Below, piece by piece: positions 9,959-17,963 of a stretch of 27,967 nt of DNA. The stretch lies in contig JANYLB010000021.1 in the NCBI GenBank assembly GCA_025363815.1, positions 1 through 27,967 on the forward strand, read 5' to 3'. The translations under genes were made by a program, and so were the position numbers. Below the pieces are notes generated by a model. The model saw only the letters and a list, made by a program, of their open reading frames with translations. It did not search any database and had not been told where the DNA came from. Source of the stretch: Actinomycetes bacterium (lineage in GTDB: Bacteria > Actinomycetota > Acidimicrobiia > IMCC26256 > JANYLB01). The first letter of the stretch is position 1. Every line of letters begins with the position of its first letter.

Positions 9959-10046
9959 GGAGGGATGCGAGAGCGGCCGAATCGGCACGCTTGGAAAGCG
10001 TGTGTGGGGCAACTCACCGTGGGTTCGAATCCCACTCCCTCCGCCA
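9959..10046 (+). tRNA. tRNA-Ser (anticodon GGA), class II with long variable arm, CCA encoded
   Basis: GGAGGGA acceptor stem pairing with TCCCTCC, discriminator G and CCA. Anticodon stem CACGC/GCGTG with loop TTGGAAA gives GGA. GGTTCGAATCC T-loop. 88 nt. Confidence 0.95.
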
Positions 10047-10073
10047 CTGGCTCATCGGCGTAGCCTCTCGCCG

Positions 10074-10502
10074 ATGGGCCGCGAGATGAGCGACGACGAA
10101 CGCCGGGCCTTCCTATTGGAGGGAACCCGCACCGCCAAGCTTGGAACGGTGCGCGCCGATGGTCGCCCACATATCGCGCCGATCTGGTTCGATCTCGACG
10201 GCGACGCGGTCGTGTTCAATACCGGACGCGAAACCGTGAAGGCCAAGAACATCGGCCGCAACCCGAGAGTCGCGATCTGTGTCGACGACGACCAGCCACC
10301 CTTTTCGTACGTGATCATCGAGGGCACCGCCGAAATTCGTAACGACGTCGGCGACAAGCTCATATGGGCTACCCGCATCGGCGGCCGCTACATGGGCGCC
10401 GACAGGGCCGACGAGTTCGGCCGCCGCAACGCCGTCGACACGGAGTTGCTCGTACATGTCACTCCGACCCGCTTCATCACCGAAGCCGGCGTCTCGGACT
10501 GA
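10074..10502 (+). CDS. PPOX-class (pyridoxamine 5'-phosphate oxidase-like) split-barrel protein, probably F420-dependent
   Basis: DDERRAFLLEGTRTAKLGTVRADGRPHIAPIWFDLDGDAVVFNTGRETVKAKNIGRNPRVAICVDDD is typical of the actinobacterial PPOX class F420-dependent enzyme family. Start set at the ATG at 10074, because the ORF-track start at 10002 overlaps the tRNA. Confidence 0.8.
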   Translation: MGREMSDDERRAFLLEGTRTAKLGTVRADGRPHIAPIWFDLDGDAVVFNTGRETVKAKNIGRNPRVAICVDDDQPPFSYVIIEGTAEIRNDVGDKLIWATRIGGRYMGADRADEFGRRNAVDTELLVHVTPTRFITEAGVSD

Positions 10503-10525
10503 CGGTTTATGAACGGACTTGCCTG

Positions 10526-11002
10526 ATGGACGGGCCTGCGATCGATGCGCTGATGGGCGCCGCGCTCGAAGAGGCGCGAGCCGCTATCGACCACGACGAC
10601 GTTCCGATCGGTGCAGTTGTCGCGCGTGTCGGCGACGGCACGATTGTCGCCCGTCGCCACAACGAACGAGAACGCCTGGGTGATCCGACCGCGCACGCCG
10701 AGATCCTCGCGTTGCGCGACGCCGCCGCGACCCTCGGATCGTGGCGGCTCGTCGGTCATGTTCTCGTCGTGACCCTGGAACCTTGCCCGATGTGCGCCGG
10801 GGCGGCGCTCGCGGCGCGCGTCGACACCATCGTGTTCGGAGCCGACGACCCGAAGGCCGGCGCCGCAGGGAGCCTGTACAACCTGGCCGCGGACCCACGA
10901 CTGAACCACGAGGCCGGCATCGTCGCCGGGATCCGGGCCGCAGAGGGCGGCCAGCTGCTCCGAGACTTCTTCGCCGAACGGCGGATCACCCGCACTCGGT
11001 AG
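10526..11002 (+). CDS. tadA: tRNA-specific adenosine deaminase
   Basis: DVPIGAVV...HAEILALRDAA...LVVTLEPCPMCAGAAL is the CDA-fold HAE...PCxxC zinc motif at TadA length. The ATG at 10526 fits better than the ORF-track start at 10364. Confidence 0.9.
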   Translation: MDGPAIDALMGAALEEARAAIDHDDVPIGAVVARVGDGTIVARRHNERERLGDPTAHAEILALRDAAATLGSWRLVGHVLVVTLEPCPMCAGAALAARVDTIVFGADDPKAGAAGSLYNLAADPRLNHEAGIVAGIRAAEGGQLLRDFFAERRITRTR

Positions 11003-11047
11003 ACTGCTCCGTCGGTCGAGCCGTGGCGCGAGCCCTGGCCCGACCCC

Positions 11048-11135
11048 GGAGGGATGCGAGAGCGGCCGAATCGGATGGTCTCGAAAACCATTGTGGCGCA
11101 AGTCACCCTGGGTTCAAATCCCAGTCCCTCCGCCA
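11048..11135 (+). tRNA. tRNA-Ser (anticodon CGA), class II, CCA encoded
   Basis: Same 27-nt 5' end as the first tRNA-Ser (GGAGGGATGCGAGAGCGGCCGAATCGG). Anticodon stem ATGGT/ACCAT with loop CTCGAAA gives CGA. GGTTCAAATCC T-loop. 88 nt. Confidence 0.95.
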
Positions 11136-11147
11136 TAGAGCAGCAGG

Positions 11148-11173
11148 TCAGAGTCGGGCGTGGACCCGGCTCT
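11148..11173. terminator. hairpin between tRNA-Ser(CGA) and the convergent minus-strand gene
   Basis: CAGAGTCGGG-cgtgga-CCCGGCTCTG, a 10-bp stem with one G-U pair. Confidence 0.35.
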
Positions 11174-11204
11174 GATCGCGCTCGTACTCTCGGTCCGGGT
11201 CGCC

Positions 11205-11576
11205 TCACCTGTTGCTGAGTCGGAACCCGTCTCCACCGTCGGGAGGAGGGCGCTTCTTCGTCTGCCACCACCGGCGACGCCGGGTCTGGGATCCTTCGAG
11301 ATCACGGATCACCTCGGGTGCCGCGTGCTCGACGATCGCTTCGGCATCGGCGAGGACCCCCTCGACATCATCAGGTGCTGCGTCGGGTTCGCCCTCGACG
11401 GGCGGACGCGTGAGTGGCTCGGTGACAAAAGTTCCGTCGATCACGGACAGCTCAAAGTGCGAGCACCCATCGGGGCATCGCCACGGTTGCTCCGGCGCCA
11501 GGCCGAGCGTGCAGAGCCGAGCAACCTCACCGTCATCGTAGGTACGACTCTCGAAATGGCGGCAGTTCTCACGCAT
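11205..11576 (-). CDS. small Cys-rich hypothetical protein (acidic middle, basic C-terminal tail), possible zinc-ribbon
   Basis: MRENCRHFESRTYDDGEVARLCTLGLAPEQPWRCPDGCSHFELSVIDGTFVTEPL...RRRRWWQTKKRPPP has GC-rich third positions. It is the coding-looking C-terminal part of the 388-aa track ORF; the upstream remainder of that ORF is Arg-rich nonsense. A GTG at 11624 (VSRRAERFLWEAWNVSM...) is an alternative start. The overlapping plus-strand ORF 11160..11600 was judged less protein-like. Confidence 0.5.
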   Translation of the reverse strand: MRENCRHFESRTYDDGEVARLCTLGLAPEQPWRCPDGCSHFELSVIDGTFVTEPLTRPPVEGEPDAAPDDVEGVLADAEAIVEHAAPEVIRDLEGSQTRRRRWWQTKKRPPPDGGDGFRLSNR

Positions 11577-11644
11577 CGACACGTTCCAAGCCTCCCATAG
11601 GAAACGTTCCGCCCGGCGCGACACGTCGTCCGCGCGATGGCGGG

Positions 11645-12178
11645 TCAAGTGCAGATCAGACGTTCCGGAACTTCGCCGGTCAAGATCCGGGCCAAGACGC
11701 GGGCCTCCGCCTCCCACCGCGCGTACGCGTCGGGAGCGTTGCTCCGCTGCACGTGCTGTGCCGCGTCGGTGACCGACATGGTGGTCCACCCGGGGACGCG
11801 GCCGAGCGCCCTGAAGAAGGCAGTGGCGGCGTAGGTCGGGTCCATGAGCTGGGATCGGGTGCCCCATCCTTGTGAGGGTCGCTGCTGGAACAATCCGACC
11901 GAATCGCGATCGCCGTACCCGAGGTTGTGCAGCTGGGACTCTTGGAGCGCCGTCGCGAACGCAACAGTGACGGCGTGATGCGACAAACCGGCCCGCATGC
12001 CCGCGTCGGCGATCGTTCTCGCGTTGGCACCTTGTGAGAGGTCGAGGTGATAGGTGTCCGACCCGACCGTCGCGATGCACGATGGTGCCGCGTTGGCGGA
12101 GAGTCGCCATACCACTCCAGCCGCGATCACGATCACGACGAGGAGGGTGGTGACGACGAGCACGGCGGTCCGCTTCAC
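11645..12178 (-). CDS. membrane-anchored secreted protein with lysozyme-like / lytic-transglycosylase (SLT)-like motif
   Basis: N-terminal TM anchor (MKRTAVLVVTTLLVVIVIAAGVVW). The motif LQESQLHNLGYGDRDSVGLFQQRPSQGWG resembles the SLT-domain catalytic E-S ... G-L-M-Q-x-M-P pattern. Family assignment is inference. Confidence 0.6.
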   Translation of the reverse strand: MKRTAVLVVTTLLVVIVIAAGVVWRLSANAAPSCIATVGSDTYHLDLSQGANARTIADAGMRAGLSHHAVTVAFATALQESQLHNLGYGDRDSVGLFQQRPSQGWGTRSQLMDPTYAATAFFRALGRVPGWTTMSVTDAAQHVQRSNAPDAYARWEAEARVLARILTGEVPERLICT

Positions 12179-12294
12179 GGCGACTGACGGTAGTGGCGGC
12201 GGCGGGGCGTGACCGGCCGGCCCATGCGCCCATCCAGGGGGATCGCGTCGAAAGCGGATGCGCTGATGTGGGAGAGTCCGGTTGGAGGCGGACG

Positions 12295-13209
12295 ATGTGG
12301 CTCCCGTGGCAACTCGCAGTGCTTGGCTCGGTCGGTCTCGCAGCGTTCGGCTTGTCGGCCCGGCGCACCAATAACTCTCGCGTACTTGTCGCGGGCGCGT
12401 TCGCCCGTGAAACGGCTCTGGTGCTGGCGTTGTACGCGATCTGGCAGATCGCCGGCCAGCTCTCCGTGATGCAGGTGACCGGCGCGTTGGATCGTGGACG
12501 GTGGGTCTGGAAGATCGAGCGGATGCTTCACCTACCGAGCGAAGTGAGCGTTCAGAAAGCAGTGCTTCCCAATCGCGCGCTCGTGCAGGGCGCCAACTCG
12601 TACTACGCGATCGCGCATGTACCTGCCCTCATCGCGTTCCTCGTCTGGTTGTTCGTACGCCATCGCGACCGGTATCCACAGGTGCGCAACGTTCTCGCGA
12701 TCGCCACCGGCGCCGCGCTAGCGGTGCAGCTCGTACCGCTCGCACCACCGCGGATGTTTCCGGGTCTCGGGTTCGTCGACACGGCCGAGCGCTACCACCA
12801 GTCGGTGTACGGGCCCCTCGGGCGCGGGCTCGCCGGACAACTCTCCGCCATGCCCTCGATCCACGTCGCGTGGGCCGTGCTCATCGGTGTCGCGATCTTC
12901 CAGATCGGTCGAGGACCCGGCCGCTGGATCGGACCGGGTCACGCGGTGCTCACGGTGCTCGTCGTCGTGATCACCGCGAACCACTGGTGGCTCGACGGCC
13001 TGGTGGCCGTGATGCTGCTGGGATTGGCGTGGGTGGCCGACAGTTCGATACGCGGAGCGGCACGAATGTGGCAGTCCCGGATCGAGCTGCGGCGTCCCGA
13101 CATCGTCATGGCGAGCCACCTCGGCGAAGGCTCAGTCGCGGTTGCGCCTGAACCAGGCCGTAGTCGCGTCGCCGAACGCGACTCGGTACCGGGAGTACGC
13201 GTCCCGTAG
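12295..13209 (+). CDS. PAP2-superfamily integral membrane protein (lipid phosphatase / AUR1-like)
   Basis: Multiple TM helices. SMPSIHVAWAVLIG and ITANHWWLDGLVA correspond to PAP2 motifs 2 and 3 (S-x-H, and H of motif 3). GGAGG RBS at 12284-12288 ahead of the ATG at 12295; the track start at 12193 is probably too early. Confidence 0.75.
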   Translation: MWLPWQLAVLGSVGLAAFGLSARRTNNSRVLVAGAFARETALVLALYAIWQIAGQLSVMQVTGALDRGRWVWKIERMLHLPSEVSVQKAVLPNRALVQGANSYYAIAHVPALIAFLVWLFVRHRDRYPQVRNVLAIATGAALAVQLVPLAPPRMFPGLGFVDTAERYHQSVYGPLGRGLAGQLSAMPSIHVAWAVLIGVAIFQIGRGPGRWIGPGHAVLTVLVVVITANHWWLDGLVAVMLLGLAWVADSSIRGAARMWQSRIELRRPDIVMASHLGEGSVAVAPEPGRSRVAERDSVPGVRVP

Positions 13210-13959
13210 CGCGTCGCCCGCCCAGTCGGCCGGAAGCAGCGCTTCGGGAAGAAGTGGATCAGAACGCACGTGAATCAGGGCCGCTGCTCCGACAAGAAAC
13301 GCGCCGGCCTCGAGACCAACGTCGCCGGCACCCAGGCGACCGGTCACGCCGATGAGGTGGCCGACCAGCTCGATCGCTCGCGCCGACCACGTCTCCGGCA
13401 TGAACAGCCGATCGGCCAACGCAACGGGATCGTCGTCGGGCCGAGCGGTCCACCAGGTGCACTGTGCGTCGGCGATCGCTCGAGCGCCAGCCGGGCTCGC
13501 TTCGGCAGAAAGATTGTCGGGGCGGGCCCACACGCCCTCGCGCACCTCGGCGAAGCGAAGGTGGCGCATCGCGTCGCGTAGCGCCTGACGCTCGGTTGCG
13601 CTGCGAGCCGTCGGGTCGACGGCGGCCATGCGCCATCGGTCCCGCCACGTCCGCAACCCAGGGTCGAGGCTCCACTCCTGATCCAGGCGACGGCTGCGCA
13701 GCCCGCCGGCGAGCTCGTAGACACCTTCGGAGATGGTCAGGTCGCCAGTCGCGACCATCCGGCTGAGCGCTACCCGAGACGTGCCCTCTGTGATCTGGAA
13801 CAGCCCGCACCACCGAACGAGGAGTGCACCCCTGAGCCGCGGTGGATCCATCCCCAACAACAAGCTCGCCATCACCGAGCGGGCGCCGAGCGGGCGGCCG
13901 AGCAGAACCACCGGCTCGGATCCCTGCTCCATATTACGATTGCGCTGCGCCTGTGTCAC
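13132..13959 (-). CDS. PaaX-family transcriptional regulator
   Basis: RPLGARSVMASLLLGMDPPRLRGALLVRWCGLFQITEGTSRVALSRMVATGDL is the PaaX N-terminal winged-HTH region, with a PaaX-like C-terminal domain. An alternative ATG start at 13932 is possible. Confidence 0.8.
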   Translation of the reverse strand: MTQAQRNRNMEQGSEPVVLLGRPLGARSVMASLLLGMDPPRLRGALLVRWCGLFQITEGTSRVALSRMVATGDLTISEGVYELAGGLRSRRLDQEWSLDPGLRTWRDRWRMAAVDPTARSATERQALRDAMRHLRFAEVREGVWARPDNLSAEASPAGARAIADAQCTWWTARPDDDPVALADRLFMPETWSARAIELVGHLIGVTGRLGAGDVGLEAGAFLVGAAALIHVRSDPLLPEALLPADWAGDALRDAYSRYRVAFGDATTAWFRRNRD

Positions 13960-13970
13960 TCATGTAATAT
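13931..13970. promoter_or_regulatory. AT-rich inverted repeat in the divergent PaaX-like/desaturase start region, a candidate operator
   Basis: ATATTAC-N26-GTAATAT, perfect 7-bp arms that are strikingly AT-rich against the GC-rich background. Sits at the 5' ends of both divergent genes. Confidence 0.35.
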
Positions 13971-13976
13971 AGACCC

Positions 13977-14933
13977 GTGACCACCACCCTGCACCCGGAC
14001 CCGGCGCTTCTCGTCGAGCCGACGGGCGACCGCATCAGCTCGAACGGTCGCCCGACACCGGAGTTCCGCGAGCACCTACGCCGCATCCCATCGTGGGTCA
14101 ACGCCTGGATCGTGGCATTCGTCTGGCTCCAGACGATCGCAGTGATCGCGGCCGCGGTGTGGTTGAACAACCCGATCAGCTGGGTGCTCGCGTTTCTCCT
14201 CATGGGCCGCGCCCACGTGCAGCTCAACATCCTCCAGCATGAGGCCGCGCACCGGCTGCTGTTCGCGAACCGCCGGATGAACGACTGGGTCGGGCGCTGG
14301 ATGCTCGCGTATCCCGCGTTCGTTCCGATCGACCTGTACCGCCGCGGTCACATGGCCCACCATCGCGAGGAGTTTGGGCCCAACGAACCCGACATCCCAA
14401 TGTACCGGGGCTATCCGATCGGGCGCGATTCCATGCGACGCAAGCTCACTCGTGACGCGCTCGGCATCACCGGGTTCAAGTTGATGCGGGGGCTCTTCGG
14501 TGCTCTGGGTTCGTCTAACACCGACGCGCGCCACCAAGCCCGGCGCATCTTCGCGGTGCAGGGCGCGCTCCTCGCGATCGCGATCCTCTTCGGCCATCCA
14601 TGGCTGTACCCGCTGCTCTGGTTGCTACCGAGCCTCACGGTCTGGCGGGTGCTCAACCGGCTGCGCGCGATCGCCGAACACGGCGGAATGGTCCGATCCT
14701 CGGACCGCCGGGAGACGACCCATTCCGTGCGTCAGTCGGCGTGGGCGCGCTTCTGGTTCGTGCCCTTCAACACCGGCTGGCATCTCGCGCACCACACCGA
14801 CTCGGGCATCCCGTTTCATAGCCTTCCCGAGTACCACCGGGAGCTCATCTGTTCGGGCTACGTCCAGGATGGCCTCGAATACCCGAACTACCGCAGCCTC
14901 TGGCGCGCGCTCGCTTCCGGCTCCCAGGGCTGA
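13977..14933 (+). CDS. membrane fatty-acid desaturase family protein (di-iron, three His boxes)
   Basis: His boxes HEAAHRL, HMAHHRE and HLAHHTD, with N-terminal TM helices. GTG start at 13977. Confidence 0.9.
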   Translation: MTTTLHPDPALLVEPTGDRISSNGRPTPEFREHLRRIPSWVNAWIVAFVWLQTIAVIAAAVWLNNPISWVLAFLLMGRAHVQLNILQHEAAHRLLFANRRMNDWVGRWMLAYPAFVPIDLYRRGHMAHHREEFGPNEPDIPMYRGYPIGRDSMRRKLTRDALGITGFKLMRGLFGALGSSNTDARHQARRIFAVQGALLAIAILFGHPWLYPLLWLLPSLTVWRVLNRLRAIAEHGGMVRSSDRRETTHSVRQSAWARFWFVPFNTGWHLAHHTDSGIPFHSLPEYHRELICSGYVQDGLEYPNYRSLWRALASGSQG

Positions 14934-14942
14934 ACGGATTCG

Positions 14943-14962
14943 GCTCGGCGCGCCCCGAGCTC
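14943..14962. terminator. bidirectional hairpin between convergent desaturase and flotillin genes
   Basis: GCTCGG-cgcgcc-CCGAGC in the 27-nt gap between stops. Confidence 0.4.
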
Positions 14963-17027
14963 AGACCTCGCGGCTCGGTGGTTCGGGAACGATGGCTTCG
15001 GTTTCGGCAATGATCTCGTCGACGGAGTCCGGCGTTGGGGAATCGCCGACAATGGGCGTTCGGACCCCGTTGCCTTTCGCGAACGACCGCATGAGCGTGG
15101 CCGCGAGGCCCTCGAAGCTCCCACCACCGCCGGTGACAAGGACCTCGGGCACCACGTTGATGTTGCCTTCCGACACCGCGTTCGCCACCGCTACGACCGC
15201 GGTCGCCCCCTGGCCCAATGCGGCGACCTGCTTCTCGAACCCTTCGGCCCGGGCGATGCCAAGTGCCTCGGTCGCCTTGGCGTTCGCCAGTCCGATCGCC
15301 TCGACCTTCGTCGCCTCGGCCCTGCCGGTGAGCTCCACGTAGGCCGCTTCACCGCGCGCCTCTTCCTCGCGCGCGTCAGCCCGGTTGCCGTTGATGGCCA
15401 CGTTCACCTGCGACGAGGCGAGCTGGCCCTGCATGTCGGCAGTGCCGCGCGCCTTCTCCATCTCAATCCGCGCGGTCTCGGCGTTGCGCTGCTCCTCGAA
15501 CGTCGCCTTCTGCTGGTTCGCGATCTCACGCTTGGTGAGGACGTCAACGAGCTCGGGAGGGAACGTGACGTTCTGGATGTACACGCCCTTGGTCTCGACC
15601 TCGTAGAGCTGTAGGTACTCGGTTATGTGCTCGAGCGCGCTGACCTGCACCTGCATGCGCGTCTCGATGAACGTGATCGCCGGCTGATCCTGCAACGTGT
15701 TGCGGAAGTGGTTGCCGACGGCCGACTGCAGCACCTCGTTCACGAGGTTGAGCATCGTTCCGACCATGGAGATCACCTTGGGCGCCTTCGTGTCGGGCAC
15801 GTGGATCTGCACTTGGAGCTCGATCGAGAACACGAAGCCCTCGCGGCTCTTGGCCTCGATCGGCGCGAGCTGTGAATCGAGCCCGTGCGCGGCCGAGGTT
15901 TCCTCCGACCAGTTCAGTGTCAGGATCGACGTCGGTACGATCTCCGCCGCATAGCAACGCGGGTTGATCGGGTACTTACCGGTGCGCAACGGCTCCTGCC
16001 AGATGCCACGGTGACCGGGGCGTACGATCGACCCGAACTTGAACTCGATACCCGACATGTCGAGCGTCGGCAAGCCCACGAAAGCCTTGATCACCGCGAC
16101 CTGGCCCTGGTTCACCACGAGCATCGGGACCAGCTCGACCTGAACAAGGAACGGGTTCAGCAGATAAGCGCCGTAGAGGAGCGGGTCGTGTTGCAAGCCG
16201 ATCTTGCCGCCGGCATCCAGGAACAGCTGGAAGTCCTGATAGTTGTTGTGCTCGCCGTTCTTGTTCCCGAGTAGGAGCTCGATGACCGCGGCGTCGGTCG
16301 CGCTCGGCTTGTCGTCAGCCGGTATCTCCATCACGGTGACATCGGCGAACCCGCCGAGGCGACTCGCGATGTCTCCCGATGGCAGCGGTTCACCTTCGAG
16401 CACGGTGACGATGCCGATCACGTCGTCAGGGCCGTTCGGTGTGATCATCACAACGCGTAGCTGTTGGGGTGAGAGACCGAATGATTCGGGGGTGATGACG
16501 CCCCGGTTCGCGTCGGCAACTGCGGTGACCTCAGGCGAGACGGGCAGCCCGTAGACCGCCTGCGCGGTGAGCACGAGGAACGCCACCGGGTGGATCGGCA
16601 GCAGCGTTCCCGGCGGGAGCACCGGGCGCTGCACGCCCTTCTGGCCGCCCCCCGCAATGAACCCGCCGAGATTCGAGAAATTGGCGAACTCGGTTCGGTA
16701 GACACCACTCTTGGCGCCGATCGGCAGCGCCGCGCCGACCTGTGCGATCACGACCCCGATCTCACCCGCCGGAACCTGCACCCAGGGGTACTTCTGCACC
16801 GCGAAGACCGGCCAGATCTTGATCCGCAGCCCGGGCATGAGAGTCCGGGCCTGGTAGCCCGCCTCACCCCGGAACGCGATGGGGTTGTCGTCAGGGAGCT
16901 TCTTCAGCGCGAAGCGTTTGGTGACCAACCCGATCTGTGCCGGCCCGATCAGATGGATTGACTTGTAGATCGCGAACAGAACGATCGCGAGCAACGCCAC
17001 CAGCACCACCGTTGCGATGATCCCCAT
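14961..17027 (-). CDS. flotillin-family SPFH/band-7 membrane protein (YqiK-like, long form)
   Basis: N-terminal TM helix, an SPFH domain, then a long Ala/Glu-rich coiled-coil (EEQRNAETARIEMEKARGTADMQ...EARGEAAYVELTGRAEATKVEAIGLANAKATEALGIARAEG), 688 aa. AGGAG RBS upstream. Confidence 0.9.
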   Translation of the reverse strand: MGIIATVVLVALLAIVLFAIYKSIHLIGPAQIGLVTKRFALKKLPDDNPIAFRGEAGYQARTLMPGLRIKIWPVFAVQKYPWVQVPAGEIGVVIAQVGAALPIGAKSGVYRTEFANFSNLGGFIAGGGQKGVQRPVLPPGTLLPIHPVAFLVLTAQAVYGLPVSPEVTAVADANRGVITPESFGLSPQQLRVVMITPNGPDDVIGIVTVLEGEPLPSGDIASRLGGFADVTVMEIPADDKPSATDAAVIELLLGNKNGEHNNYQDFQLFLDAGGKIGLQHDPLLYGAYLLNPFLVQVELVPMLVVNQGQVAVIKAFVGLPTLDMSGIEFKFGSIVRPGHRGIWQEPLRTGKYPINPRCYAAEIVPTSILTLNWSEETSAAHGLDSQLAPIEAKSREGFVFSIELQVQIHVPDTKAPKVISMVGTMLNLVNEVLQSAVGNHFRNTLQDQPAITFIETRMQVQVSALEHITEYLQLYEVETKGVYIQNVTFPPELVDVLTKREIANQQKATFEEQRNAETARIEMEKARGTADMQGQLASSQVNVAINGNRADAREEEARGEAAYVELTGRAEATKVEAIGLANAKATEALGIARAEGFEKQVAALGQGATAVVAVANAVSEGNINVVPEVLVTGGGGSFEGLAATLMRSFAKGNGVRTPIVGDSPTPDSVDEIIAETEAIVPEPPSREV

Positions 17028-17086
17028 AACTACTCCTTGGCTCGTCCTGATCCAAACATAGAACCAGGAGAATCAACGCTGACGCG

Positions 17087-17947
17087 TCACGCGGGATGGA
17101 GCCCGAGATTCTCGTAGATCTCGCGTGTCGCGGTCGAACGGTTCAGCGTGTAGAAGTGCAATCCGGGTGCGCCACCGTCGAGAAGGGCACGACAGAGCTT
17201 CGTTGCCTCCTCGACGCCTACCTGGCGCACGGCTTCGGGATCGTCGCCGACGGCGTGCATCTTCTCGGCGAGCCACGATGGGAACTCCGAACCCTGGAGG
17301 TCGCTCATCCGTTTGATCCCGGCGATGCTGGTCGCCGGCATGATCCCAGCGACCACAGGCTTGTCGACGCCGTGCGAAGCAAGACCCTCGACAAGATCGA
17401 AGTAGTGCGCGGGGTCGAAGAAGAACTGGGTGATAGCGAAGTCAGCCTCGCGGAGCTTCTCGGCCGTGTGGAGTCGGTCGGCGGCCTTCGATGTCGAGCG
17501 CGGATGCGGCTCGGGATGTGCGGCGACGCCAATCGAGAAGTCTCCAAGCTCTCGCGCCAACCGCACCAGCTCGATCGCGTGGGTGAGCTCCCCCGGCGGA
17601 AGGTCCAGGTCCTTAGGAGGATCGCCTCCGAGCGCCAGGATGTTCTCGATCCCCGCGTCGCGGTAGCGCGTCACGACGTCGACCAAGGCGGCCCGGGTGT
17701 GGCTCGCGCAGGTGAGGTGGGCCATCGGGGTCATGGGCGTATCGCGCAGGATCTGCACTACGAGGTCGTGCGTCCGTTCACGGGTCGAACCGCCGGCGCC
17801 GTAGGTGACCGACACGTATGAAGGCGCGAGCGGTTCGAGATCAACGAGCGTCTGCTCGAGGGTCCGTTCCATCTGCTCGGTCCGCGGCGGACCGAACTCG
17901 AACGAGTAGCTGCGGCCCTGCGCCAGGATTTCTGCGATCTTTGTCAC
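17087..17947 (-). CDS. metF: methylenetetrahydrofolate reductase
   Basis: SFEFGPPRTEQMERTL...SVTYGAGGSTRERTHDLV...MAHLTCASHTRAAL...GIENILALGGDPP are MetF signatures. Confidence 0.95.
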   Translation of the reverse strand: MTKIAEILAQGRSYSFEFGPPRTEQMERTLEQTLVDLEPLAPSYVSVTYGAGGSTRERTHDLVVQILRDTPMTPMAHLTCASHTRAALVDVVTRYRDAGIENILALGGDPPKDLDLPPGELTHAIELVRLARELGDFSIGVAAHPEPHPRSTSKAADRLHTAEKLREADFAITQFFFDPAHYFDLVEGLASHGVDKPVVAGIMPATSIAGIKRMSDLQGSEFPSWLAEKMHAVGDDPEAVRQVGVEEATKLCRALLDGGAPGLHFYTLNRSTATREIYENLGLHPA

Positions 17948-17963
17948 TTGTTCCCCCCGGTCC

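Noticed and set aside
9904-10170. ORFs overlapping the tRNA-Ser genes (9904..10170 -, 10002 start of the PPOX ORF, 10756..11271 -)
   Set aside because: The GFEPT/GFEPRV peptides are the signature of tRNA sequence translated on the opposite strand. The PPOX start was moved to 10074 to clear the tRNA.
11160-11600. Plus-strand 146-aa ORF opposite the Cys-rich small gene
   Set aside because: Its translation is less protein-like (LLRLPPPATPGLGS..., RLLRRQAERAE...) than the minus-strand frame, which has an ordered Cys pattern and better GC3. Only one is likely real, and confidence on the minus-strand call is only moderate.
12175-12531. 118-aa minus-strand ORF overlapping the PAP2 gene start
   Set aside because: Arg/Pro-rich, no motifs, and overlaps a well-supported membrane-protein gene and its RBS.
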